Below, in pieces: positions 49,257 to 57,863 of a DNA stretch of 64,000 nt. Every line of letters begins with the position of its first letter. Position 1 is the first letter of the stretch. Below the pieces are notes generated by a model that saw nothing but the letters and a program-made list of their open reading frames with translations, was not told the DNA's origin and ran no database searches. A program made the translations under genes and the position numbers. Source of the DNA: Fimbriiglobus sp. Lineage in GTDB: Bacteria > Planctomycetota > Planctomycetia > Gemmatales > Gemmataceae. Where the stretch lies: the NCBI GenBank assembly GCA_036493815.1, contig DASXPC010000221.1, positions 11,174 to 75,173 of the forward strand. Reading direction: 5' to 3'.

Positions 49257-51458
49257 TCACCCCCGCCCCTTCCGCGATTTGGCGTGTGGTTTGGCATGTT
49301 TTGTCGGCGCCGCCCCGTTCAACCCGGTAGCGAGTTTTGGTCGTTCGACCGGTGCCTGGGCTTGCTGCTGGCGCCGTTCCGATTCGGCGGCGAGTTCCAA
49401 AAACCGCTGCTGGCTGCGGATCGAGGATTCATCGGCGGCGGGCACGATCCGGTTGTACGTCCCGTCCGACAGCAACTCCCGGGCCTTGCAGTTGTCCGAC
49501 AACGTCGTCTTGAGAATCTCGTCGATCACTCGGGCCTTTAGGTCAGGTTGCTCGATCGGGAATACGACTTCAACGCGACGGGTGAGGTTGCGGTCCATGA
49601 GGTCGGCACTGCCAATGTAAACTTCCGGGTCGCCGGCGTTGCCGAAAAAGAAGATCCGGCTGTGTTCGAGGAAACGGTCCACGACGGAGACGACCCGGAC
49701 GGTTTCGCTGACGCCGGCGACGCCGGGACGGAGAGCACAGACACCCCGGCAGACGATTTCGACCGGCACGCCGGCACGGCTTGCCCGATAGAGGGCCTGG
49801 ACGACCGCCGGTTCGATCAGGCCGTTCACCTTGGCCGCAATCCGGGCCGGTTTCCCGGCCGCCTGGTTCGCAGCTTCCCGATCGATCTTTTCGATCATGA
49901 AGTCCATCAATCGCGACGGAGCGACGATGAGCTTCCGCCACTGAGGCAGTTCGGCGTAGCCGGTCAAGTAATTGAACAACGCCGACACGTCGTCCGCGAA
50001 ATCGGCCCGGCAGGTGAAGAATCCGAGGTCGGTGTAGACGCGTGCCGTTTGGGGGTTGTAGTTGCCGGTGCTCAGATGGACGTACCGGCGGAGAGTGTTG
50101 TCTTCGTCCCGCCGAACAACGAGACAGACCTTGCAATGCGTTTTGAGGCCGACGAACCCGAACACGACGTGGACGCCGGCCTTTTCCAACTCCTTCGCCC
50201 AGAGAATATTCCGCTCTTCGTCCAGACGGGCTTTCAGTTCGATAACGGCCGTCACCTGTTTGCCGCGGTCCGCGGCCCGGCCCAGGGCGCGGATGATCGG
50301 GCTGTCGCTGCTCGTGCGGTAAAGCGTCTGCTTGATGGCCAGAACCCGGTCGTCGTCCGCCGCCGCCTCAACGAAGTCCGTCACGTGTTTGAACGATTCG
50401 TAGGGGTGGTGGATCAGAATGTCCTTCCCGCGGATCGCGGCCCAGGGCGAGGACGCTTGGGCGAATTCGCGGACCGGTGCGGCGACGTATGGCGGGTCCC
50501 GCAGGTCGTTGAACCCGGGCAGGGCGTGGAGTTGAAACAGGCCGGTGAGGTCGAGCAGGCCCGGGATGCGGGTGACGTCGCCGGGGTCGACGTCCACGGC
50601 GCCGACGAGGAACTGCACGACTTCGGCCGGGGCGGTCGCTTCGATTTCCAGCCGGACCGCATGACCCCGCCGCCGTTGCTTGATGTGGTCTTCGATCGCC
50701 CGGAGAAGGTCGTCCACTTCGTCTTCGATTTCGAACTCGCTGTCCCGCGTCACCCGGAAACAGACGGCGTCGCCGATCATCATCCCGGGGAACAGGTCGG
50801 CGAGGTGCAGGCGGATGACGTCTTCCAGCGGGCAGAACGCGAACATGGAAGGTTTCGGTTCGGCGTCGGCGGTTCCGGGCAACGGCACGAACCGGGGCAG
50901 CACGCCGGGCACCTGCACCACCGCGTAGAGCGGTTCCGGGTCGCCGGGACGCCGCAACAGCACCGCCAGGTTCAGCGACTTGTTCGCCAGGTGCGGGAAC
51001 GGGTGTCCGGGGTCGATGGCCAGCGGGGTCAGCACCGGAAAGATCTGCGACCGGAATACGTCCTGCACGTGCCGGTGTTCTTCGGCGGTCAGGTCTTTTT
51101 CCGCCCGGATCACGATCCCACTTTCGCGCAGCTTTGGTAAGACGTCGTCGGTCAGGCACCGGTACTGCTCCGCCACGGCTTCCTTCACCGCGACCGCGAT
51201 CGCTTCCAGTTGGGCGGTCGGCGTCATCCGGTCCGCACCACTCGACCGCGTGATTCCGGCCTGGACCTTTTGCTGCAACCCGCCCACCCGGACCATGAAG
51301 AACTCGTCGAGATTGGAACTGACGATCGCCAGGAATTTGACGCGTTCCAACAACGGCACGCCGGCGTCCTGAGCTTCTTCCAGCACCCGCCGGTTAAACG
51401 AGAGCCAGGACAACTCGCGGTTGATGTACAGGCTCGGGTCGTCGAGGTCGTGGGGCAT
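49257..51458 (-). CDS. ppk: polyphosphate kinase 1
   Basis: INRELSWLSFNRRVLEEA..VPLLERVKFLAIVSSNLDEFFMVRV is the canonical PPK1 N-terminus. Two PLD-like HKx4D-type regions are present (GLKTHCKVCLV). Confidence 0.95.
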   Translation of the reverse strand: MPHDLDDPSLYINRELSWLSFNRRVLEEAQDAGVPLLERVKFLAIVSSNLDEFFMVRVGGLQQKVQAGITRSSGADRMTPTAQLEAIAVAVKEAVAEQYRCLTDDVLPKLRESGIVIRAEKDLTAEEHRHVQDVFRSQIFPVLTPLAIDPGHPFPHLANKSLNLAVLLRRPGDPEPLYAVVQVPGVLPRFVPLPGTADAEPKPSMFAFCPLEDVIRLHLADLFPGMMIGDAVCFRVTRDSEFEIEDEVDDLLRAIEDHIKQRRRGHAVRLEIEATAPAEVVQFLVGAVDVDPGDVTRIPGLLDLTGLFQLHALPGFNDLRDPPYVAAPVREFAQASSPWAAIRGKDILIHHPYESFKHVTDFVEAAADDDRVLAIKQTLYRTSSDSPIIRALGRAADRGKQVTAVIELKARLDEERNILWAKELEKAGVHVVFGFVGLKTHCKVCLVVRRDEDNTLRRYVHLSTGNYNPQTARVYTDLGFFTCRADFADDVSALFNYLTGYAELPQWRKLIVAPSRLMDFMIEKIDREAANQAAGKPARIAAKVNGLIEPAVVQALYRASRAGVPVEIVCRGVCALRPGVAGVSETVRVVSVVDRFLEHSRIFFFGNAGDPEVYIGSADLMDRNLTRRVEVVFPIEQPDLKARVIDEILKTTLSDNCKARELLSDGTYNRIVPAADESSIRSQQRFLELAAESERRQQQAQAPVERPKLATGLNGAAPTKHAKPHAKSRKGRG

Positions 51459-51565
51459 GGGGACACCAACGGTCGGGATAGGGTCAATATAAGCTACGAA
51501 TCCACCGACGCCCCTTCCGGCTTGGGGTTGGCAGCGTCCCGCCGATTTGTCAAACTTCCCCGCTC

Positions 51566-52606
51566 ATGGTGCCGGTTCAGCCCCGAATCACGGTGCGGTT
51601 TCCTCGACTGACCCGCCGGCTCGCTCTGCGTGCCGCCGGATTGAGTCTCGGCGGCGCATTTGCCGCATGGCTCGGGTACGTCGTGCTCGGGCCGAACCGT
51701 CACGAGGTCATTCCCGGCAGGGTCTACCGGTGCAGTCAGCCGGGCCACGACCTCCTGATCCGTACCGTCGACCGCTTCGGGATTCGAACCGTCATCAATC
51801 TCCGCGGATTCAGTCCGGAATACGACTGGTACAAATCCGAGGCGCGGGCCACGGCGGACCGGAATGTCAACCAGGAAGACGTCACTTTTTCCGCGAATCG
51901 GCTGCCGCCGCCGGCCGAACTCCGCCGCCTTATCGATATCCTGGACCGCACAGCCTATCCGATCCTGATCCACTGTAAACAGGGTGCGGATCGTACCGGT
52001 CTTGTCTCGGCGATGACGTTACTCCTTTTCACCGATGCCACGCCGACACGCGCCCGGCAGGAACTCTGGCCGATCCGCGGCCATTTCCGGTTCGGCCGAA
52101 CCGCCGCAATGGACGACTTCTTCGACCGCTATGAGACCTGGCTCACGGGGCGAAACGAATCCCACACCCGCGATCGCTTCCGCGAATGGGCCACCACGTA
52201 TTACTCCCCCGGCCCGGACGTTGCCGACCTGAAATTCCTCGATCCGATTCCCGACGTCGTTCCGGCGAATAAGCCGATCATTCTCCAGGTGCGGGCGACG
52301 AACCGGTCGTCGGAAGCCTGGGAATTGAAGCCCGGAAGCACGGCGGGAATTCACCTCGGCTATTCGGTCTGGTTCCCGGACGAACCGGTACCGCGGTACG
52401 CGGGCAAAGCCGGGTTGTTCCGTCGAACAGTTTCCCCCGGCGAATCGGTGGACCTCGACGTCGTCGTTCCGGCACTGAAGTCTCCGGGTACGTACCTGCT
52501 CAAGATCGAAATGTTCGACTATCGAGGGGCGGGGGTCGACGCGCGGGCGATGGCGTTCGTGCAGTTCGGGGCGGAGCCGCTATTGGCGGGTTTGCGGGTG
52601 AAATAA
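51566..52606 (+). CDS. membrane-anchored protein-tyrosine/dual-specificity-phosphatase-family protein with C-terminal Ig-like domain
   Basis: An N-terminal TM helix and the CX5R P-loop HCKQGADRTG. The C-terminal roughly 130 aa are a beta-rich domain. Confidence 0.75.
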   Translation: MVPVQPRITVRFPRLTRRLALRAAGLSLGGAFAAWLGYVVLGPNRHEVIPGRVYRCSQPGHDLLIRTVDRFGIRTVINLRGFSPEYDWYKSEARATADRNVNQEDVTFSANRLPPPAELRRLIDILDRTAYPILIHCKQGADRTGLVSAMTLLLFTDATPTRARQELWPIRGHFRFGRTAAMDDFFDRYETWLTGRNESHTRDRFREWATTYYSPGPDVADLKFLDPIPDVVPANKPIILQVRATNRSSEAWELKPGSTAGIHLGYSVWFPDEPVPRYAGKAGLFRRTVSPGESVDLDVVVPALKSPGTYLLKIEMFDYRGAGVDARAMAFVQFGAEPLLAGLRVK

Positions 52607-52611
52607 TCCTC

Positions 52612-53583
52612 GTGAGGCTGGTCATGCTTCTTTCCGTCGTCATCCCGATGAAGGACGAGCGGGACAACGTCCGGCCGCTGGTGGAGAAAGTGCGGGCCGC
52701 GTTGCGCGGTTTGTCGTGGGAGCTGGTACTGGTGGACGACGGGAGCACCGACGGCACGCATGAGGAACTGGCCGAAACGGCTGCGGACCCGCGGGTGAAA
52801 GTGATCCGCCTCCGCCGGAACTTTGGGCAATCGGCGGCGACGCAGGCCGGGTTCGATGCCGCCGTCGGTGACGTCATCGCCACCCTCGACGGCGACCTCC
52901 AGAACGACCCGGCCGACTTGCCGTTATTGCTCGCCAAACTGGACGAGGGCTACGACGCAGTGCTCGGGTTGCGACAGAACCGGCAAGACAAAGTTCTCCT
53001 GCGAAAGCTGCCGAGCTTTTGCGCCAACTGGCTGATCCGCAAGTTCCTGCACATTCCGTTCAAGGATTTCGGCTGCACGTTGCGGGTGATGAAACGCGAT
53101 CTCGTGCAGGGCATGAGCCTTTACGGCGAAATGCACCGGTTCATCACCGCTTTGATTCTGCAACAGGGATCCCGCGTCGCCCAGGTGGCGGTCCGGCACC
53201 ATCCGCGGACGGCCGGGAAATCCAAATACACCCTCACCCGTACCGTCCGCGTCGTCCTCGACCTCATGACCGTAAAGTTTCTGGCCAGCTATCAGACCCG
53301 ACCCATGCACCTCTTCGGCGGCCTCGGCCTCCTGATCTTCTCTCTCGGCGGCCTCGGCCTCACCGCCTCCGTGATTATGAAATACACCACCGGCCCCGGC
53401 ATGACCGCCAACCCCCTCTTCCTCCTCGGCGTCATGGCCGAGCTCATCGGCGTTCAGTTCCTCTCCCTCGGCCTTATGGGCGAGGTCATGGCACGCGTCT
53501 ATTTCGAAAGTCAGGGCAAGCGCGCCTACGCCGTCCGGGATACGATCAACTTGGGTGATAATCCCCTTCGACAGGCCGCGTGA
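52612..53583 (+). CDS. GT2 polyprenyl-phosphate glycosyltransferase (ArnC/GtrB-like, two C-terminal TM helices)
   Basis: Carries VVIPMKDE, LVDDGSTDGT and DGDLQNDP, plus C-terminal TM helices. GTG at 12 or ATG at 52624. Confidence 0.85.
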   Translation: MRLVMLLSVVIPMKDERDNVRPLVEKVRAALRGLSWELVLVDDGSTDGTHEELAETAADPRVKVIRLRRNFGQSAATQAGFDAAVGDVIATLDGDLQNDPADLPLLLAKLDEGYDAVLGLRQNRQDKVLLRKLPSFCANWLIRKFLHIPFKDFGCTLRVMKRDLVQGMSLYGEMHRFITALILQQGSRVAQVAVRHHPRTAGKSKYTLTRTVRVVLDLMTVKFLASYQTRPMHLFGGLGLLIFSLGGLGLTASVIMKYTTGPGMTANPLFLLGVMAELIGVQFLSLGLMGEVMARVYFESQGKRAYAVRDTINLGDNPLRQAA

Positions 53584-54191
53584 CCATGCCCGTGGAAGAC
53601 CCGATCGCCGTCACCCGTCAGTGGGTGCGGGACTTCGTCATCGGGCTCAACCTCTGCCCGTTCGCGAAGAAGCCGTTCGACGCGGGGCGGATCCGGTTCG
53701 TGGCGACGGACGTCGAAGGGGAAGGGGACTTGCTGGAGGTCTTGGATATGGAGTTGAAACTCCTCGCCACGTCGCCCCGGGAGGCAATCGAAACGACGAT
53801 CCTCATCCACCCCCGGGCGTTGTTGGACTTCCTCGATTACAACGACTTCCTTCACGCCGCGAACAGGCGATTGAAGAACTTGGGCTACGCCGGCGTTATC
53901 CAGATCGCCAGTTTCCACCCCCGTTACCAATTCGCCGACACTACCCCCGACGACGTGACGAATTACACGAACCGGTCGCGGTACCCGATGCTGCATTTGC
54001 TGCGGGAAGAAAGCATTACGGAGGTCGCGGGAAACCCGGAGGTGTTGGCGGGGATTCCGGGGAGGAATGTGGAACTGCTCCGAAACATGCGACCGGAAAC
54101 CGTTCGTCGACTCACGCGAACTTCAACCGCCCCTTCGGCTCCGGGATCGGCCGACCCAATTCCCGGGCCGTCTCGATCCACTCCCGGATGA
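53580..54191 (+). CDS. DUF1415-like protein
   Basis: WVRDFVIGLNLCPFAKKP...IASFHPRYQF...NYTNRSRYPMLHLLRE matches the pattern I recall for DUF1415. The start overlaps the GT2 stop. The last roughly 27 aa are low-complexity and overlap hicB on the opposite strand. Confidence 0.65.
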   Translation: MTMPVEDPIAVTRQWVRDFVIGLNLCPFAKKPFDAGRIRFVATDVEGEGDLLEVLDMELKLLATSPREAIETTILIHPRALLDFLDYNDFLHAANRRLKNLGYAGVIQIASFHPRYQFADTTPDDVTNYTNRSRYPMLHLLREESITEVAGNPEVLAGIPGRNVELLRNMRPETVRRLTRTSTAPSAPGSADPIPGPSRSTPG

Positions 54192-54372
54192 CGACTTCGG
54201 CGTTGGCCAGGGCCTCCTGGTTCGTCGCCCCGTCCGCCACGCACCCGCGGAACTCCGGCACCTCGGCCAGGAACGCCTCGTCTTGCCGGCTCCAGTACAG
54301 GATGATTTCGTACCGCGATGGATCGGTCTGGTCCGCCTTACCCTTTCGGCGGCGGGGTTGGGTCGAGGGCAT
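54112..54372 (-). CDS. hicB: HicB-family antitoxin-like protein (no hicA partner)
   Basis: YEIILYWSRQDEAFLAEVPEFRGCVADGATNQEALANAEVVIREWIETARELGRPIPEP is a typical HicB N-terminal fold sequence. ATG at 54370-54372, with upstream alternatives at 54408 and 54441. Confidence 0.65.
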   Translation of the reverse strand: MPSTQPRRRKGKADQTDPSRYEIILYWSRQDEAFLAEVPEFRGCVADGATNQEALANAEVVIREWIETARELGRPIPEPKGRLKFA

Positions 54373-54491
54373 CTCTTCCTTATTGGGTGTTGTGTCGTCA
54401 GATCGCATGAATAACAAACGGAATCCATTTATGACGCTCAATGCGGTTGGGAGTCCACGCCTTGGAATTGAGGCATCGTGTCAAGTATGGG

Positions 54492-54767
54492 TCAGGGACG
54501 ACGTCCTGACCCTTGTTTGTTAGTAAAGCTGGAAATTGTTGCCATACCTGTTCCAATCAAAAGAAACAACATAATGGAAACCATCAAGAATGAAAAAACG
54601 ATATTAGCATTACTGAATAGTGCTAATGCGGAAATTGTAAGTAGCCAACCAAAAGCAATCAGTGAAAATAACTTCTCTGAGTCCATCCAGAATAATCTTT
54701 TCTTCCTTTCTTCGGCAGAATTATAGAGAGTGGACCATCCTGTGCCTTCCCCTTTACTCCCCCTCAC
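54492..54767 (-). CDS. small hypothetical membrane protein with two TM helices, in low-GC island
   Basis: The GTG start overlaps the upstream stop (GTGA). An alternative ATG is at 54686. TM helices are LFSLIAFGWLLTISALALF and IVFSFLMVSIMLFLLIGTG. Confidence 0.45.
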   Translation of the reverse strand: MRGSKGEGTGWSTLYNSAEERKKRLFWMDSEKLFSLIAFGWLLTISALALFSNANIVFSFLMVSIMLFLLIGTGMATISSFTNKQGSGRRP

Positions 54768-55375
54768 GTTGCCAACTTCATTGTAAACAGTGCAACGAAA
54801 CCCCTGGAATTCGGTTCATTTGTAATTATTACATGGAATCCAGCCGCGTGAGGGGGAGTAACAGTCGTCGGGTTGGCTGCACCGTCGCAAACTACTTTCA
54901 AAATAACGACTGACTTATGAGGTTTATAAGAATTCAAGAATGGCACCGATACTTCGATTGCTGTAGTCGGAAAGCCCTCCAGCGATGTCGTACTCAGGGT
55001 GTTCGCGACGGCGTCGCAACCGTGTGCCTCGTGAGTGAGATATTTTGTAGTATACGGAAAAACGAATCTTATCAATACGTCTTTACACGTTTCGGACGAC
55101 GTATTGTAAATCTGGAAAACGGACTGAGAAAGAGCTGTGACAAAAACCCGATCATCCATCGTTACCTTTAGACGTGCCCGAACCGATTCGGCAATATTAA
55201 CCAGTGATGTGGATTCTAATTGGTCGATACGAACAAACGGCTGCTTCCGGTTCCACCATACGAGAATTAATTTCCCGATGCCGCCGACGATGGTCACGAA
55301 CAGCGTACTCGAAAGTATGTTTTGCCATGTGAACCATATAGTGGCTGGGGCCGGGTCGTCGGCGAACAGGAACAT
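54764..55375 (-). CDS. hypothetical N-terminally anchored protein (203 aa), in low-GC island
   Basis: ATG at 55373-55375. A 203-codon open frame in roughly 35-40% GC DNA is unlikely by chance. One TM helix (LSSTLFVTIVGGIGKLILVWW) precedes a beta-rich domain. No family recognised. Confidence 0.6.
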   Translation of the reverse strand: MFLFADDPAPATIWFTWQNILSSTLFVTIVGGIGKLILVWWNRKQPFVRIDQLESTSLVNIAESVRARLKVTMDDRVFVTALSQSVFQIYNTSSETCKDVLIRFVFPYTTKYLTHEAHGCDAVANTLSTTSLEGFPTTAIEVSVPFLNSYKPHKSVVILKVVCDGAANPTTVTPPHAAGFHVIITNEPNSRGFVALFTMKLAT

Positions 55376-55428
55376 GGGCGAACCCCTGTAAGAGTGTTCG
55401 CCCGTATTCTACGGTTCTTCTCTTCATA

Positions 55429-55466
55429 GGGCATGAAATCCATCGCGGGCATGAACACAAATCCAT
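55429..55466. repeat. tandem direct repeat upstream of the island ORFs
   Basis: GGGCATGAAATCCAT (55429-55443) and GGGCATGAA-CACAA-ATCCAT (55447-55466). Confidence 0.6.
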
Positions 55467-55519
55467 GCCGGCCGGTAAGCGGAATGGCTCTCATTTTGCT
55501 TGTTAGATAACGAGAGTCG

Positions 55520-57055
55520 TCACCTCGCCCACAACTTCCGGTCCAGCGTTCGGTAGCCGATGGCTTCGGCGACGTCGTCGCCGACAATATTCGCCCGGCC
55601 GGCCAGATCGGCGATGGTTCTGGCGGCACGTAAAATCCTGTCGTGGGCCCTCGCACTTAGGCCCAGATCGGCCATGGCGGTTTCTAGCATCCCTCGTGCC
55701 TCGGCGTCGAGGACGCAGTACTTGCGAATCTGCCGGGAGTTCATGCGGCTGTTCAATCCGCCGACGCGGGCACCGAAGCGTTCCGTTTGAACGGCCCGGG
55801 CCGCGTTCACCTGCTCGCGCATGGCGGCGCTGCCGGTGCCGTCGGCGGGTTTCGATAGATCGGAAAACGGTACGCTAGGGACTTCGATGTGCAGGTCGAT
55901 GCGGTCTAATAGCGGGCCGCTGATTCGCCCCAAGTATTTCTCGACTTGCATCGGCACGCACTTGCACGGTCGGCGGGGGTCGCCGAGGTAGCCGCAGGGA
56001 CAGGGGTTCATGGCGGCGACGAGGATGAAACTGGCGGGAAACTGGGCCGAGTGGGCCGCCCGGCTGATCGTGACTTTGCCTTCCTCCAACGGCTGGCGAA
56101 GGCTTTCCAGGCTGCGGCGGTTGAACTCGGGCAGTTCGTCGAGGAAGAGGATGCCGTGGTGGGCGAGGGAGATTTCGCCCGGCGTGGGCGTGGACCCGCC
56201 GCCAACCATGCCGGCGTCGGAAATCGTGTGGTGCGGGCTGCGGAACGGGCGGGTGGCGAGGAGCGATTCGCCCGGCTTAAGCCGGCCGAGGGAGGAGTAA
56301 ATGCGGGTGGTTTCGAGGCTTTCATCCGCGGTCAACGGGGGAAGAATTGTCGGCAGTCGGCGGGCGAGCATCGTTTTGCCGCTGCCGGGGCTGCCGAGCA
56401 TCAACACGTTGTGGCCGCCCGCGGCCGCGACTACGATCGCCCGCTTCGCGGTCTCCTGCCCGCGGACGTCGGCAAAGTCGATCTCGTACCGGTTGAGTCG
56501 GGCCTCGATTTCCTCTTTTTCCGGTGCGACCGGATCGACTTCGACTGCCCCCGAGACGATGCCGACGGCTTCGGCGAGTGAGGTGACGGGGTAGACTTCC
56601 ACTTCTTGCACGACGGCGGCCTCGCGGGCGTTGGCCGCGGGGACGATCAGTTTCTTCACCCCGAGGTCCCGGGCGGCCATCGAAATGCTGAGGCCGCCCT
56701 TGACGTTTCGGACGGTGCCGTCGAGGGCGAGTTCCCCGACGCTTGCGAACTGATCGACTTGTTCCGGTTTTAGTTGCCGCGTCGAGACCAGGATGCCGAG
56801 GGCGATGGGCAGGTCGAACGCTCCGGCGTCTTTTTTCAGGTCGGCGGGGGCGAGGTTAATGACCGTGCGGCCGGTGGGCCGGGCATAGCCGAGGTTGGCC
56901 AGTGCCCGTTCGATCCGGTGGATGCTTTCCCGGACGGCGAGTTCCGGCAGGCCGACCAGAATGACCTTGGCCATGCCCGGTCCGGCGTCCACCTCGACCT
57001 CGACCGGCACCGCGTCGATGCCCAAAAGGGCGAACGTCCGGAGCTTGGCAAGCAT
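55520..57055 (-). CDS. comM: YifB/ComM-family Mg-chelatase-like AAA+ protein
   Basis: ATG at 57053-57055 (MLAKLRTFALLGIDAVPVEVEVD...). Walker A is LMLGSPGSGKTMLA, followed by the GILFLDELPEF motif. Confidence 0.9.
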   Translation of the reverse strand: MLAKLRTFALLGIDAVPVEVEVDAGPGMAKVILVGLPELAVRESIHRIERALANLGYARPTGRTVINLAPADLKKDAGAFDLPIALGILVSTRQLKPEQVDQFASVGELALDGTVRNVKGGLSISMAARDLGVKKLIVPAANAREAAVVQEVEVYPVTSLAEAVGIVSGAVEVDPVAPEKEEIEARLNRYEIDFADVRGQETAKRAIVVAAAGGHNVLMLGSPGSGKTMLARRLPTILPPLTADESLETTRIYSSLGRLKPGESLLATRPFRSPHHTISDAGMVGGGSTPTPGEISLAHHGILFLDELPEFNRRSLESLRQPLEEGKVTISRAAHSAQFPASFILVAAMNPCPCGYLGDPRRPCKCVPMQVEKYLGRISGPLLDRIDLHIEVPSVPFSDLSKPADGTGSAAMREQVNAARAVQTERFGARVGGLNSRMNSRQIRKYCVLDAEARGMLETAMADLGLSARAHDRILRAARTIADLAGRANIVGDDVAEAIGYRTLDRKLWAR

Positions 57056-57087
57056 GGGCGAATCCCGCGGTACGGACGGGCCGGTTC

Positions 57088-57771
57088 CTACCTCTTGATC
57101 CGTTCCGGCGGCCGGAAGTGGTAGATGAACCGTTTGATCGAAAACTTTGCGAGCTTGTACGAGACCCATAACACCATGACCATGATCCAGAGCGAGAAAC
57201 ACCACGGTTGAACGAGCCAGGTCTTTTTCAGGGTCGTCGGGTTTTTCTCGTCGGATTGGAGGAGGGACCCGTCGAGCCAGTCGGGCATGTCGATCCAGCA
57301 GATGACGGCCCCGGTGATCAGGCCGGCGGCCAGGAGGAAGCAGAAGACGGCCGGGCCGAGATGCTGGAACCAGTCGCCGAACGTGGGGTCGTAAACTTTT
57401 CGGCTCTCTTTGCGCTGGCGGGTCAGCGTGTTGTAGCCGCAGTTCAGGCAGATTTTGGAGTCCGGCGGGTCGAGTTCCTTGGCGCAGTGCGGGCACCGGG
57501 GGGCGTCGCTTTCTTTGATTACGATGTAATCCGACTTGTCGTCCGCTTCGTCTTCGGCCTCCTGGGCGAAGCGTTTTTCGGCCGCGGACTGGTACGCCGC
57601 GGGTTGGTCCTCAACCGGTTTGACCGGCACCGCTTTGGCCGGAGCCGGCCCGGCGGGCACGGTGAGAACTTGCTGACACTGCTTGCACTTCACCTTTTTG
57701 CCGGCCAAGGCCGTGGGCACCTTCAGCGGGGTGGCACAGTTCGGGCAGGTGACGTCGAAAGTGGCGGCCAT
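57088..57771 (-). CDS. zinc-ribbon membrane protein (hypothetical)
   Basis: It has two CxxC pairs twice (CPNC...CKQC; CPHC...CLNC) followed by three hydrophobic helices. It lies 32 nt upstream of comM on the same strand. Confidence 0.7.
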   Translation of the reverse strand: MAATFDVTCPNCATPLKVPTALAGKKVKCKQCQQVLTVPAGPAPAKAVPVKPVEDQPAAYQSAAEKRFAQEAEDEADDKSDYIVIKESDAPRCPHCAKELDPPDSKICLNCGYNTLTRQRKESRKVYDPTFGDWFQHLGPAVFCFLLAAGLITGAVICWIDMPDWLDGSLLQSDEKNPTTLKKTWLVQPWCFSLWIMVMVLWVSYKLAKFSIKRFIYHFRPPERIKR

Positions 57772-57863
57772 GCGATGCCTCGCCGTTGCCGGCGGTCAAG
57801 CGGGAAGACGGCAGGGGACGGTCGATTTCCTATGGTAGAGTATATCTCCGGAGCCGCAACCCG

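Noticed and set aside
54000-54800. Search for a HicA toxin partner of hicB in all six frames
   Set aside because: No ORF has the HicA pattern (small basic dsRBD-like protein with a conserved GSH motif). The ORFs overlapping hicB are antisense or out-of-frame shadows.
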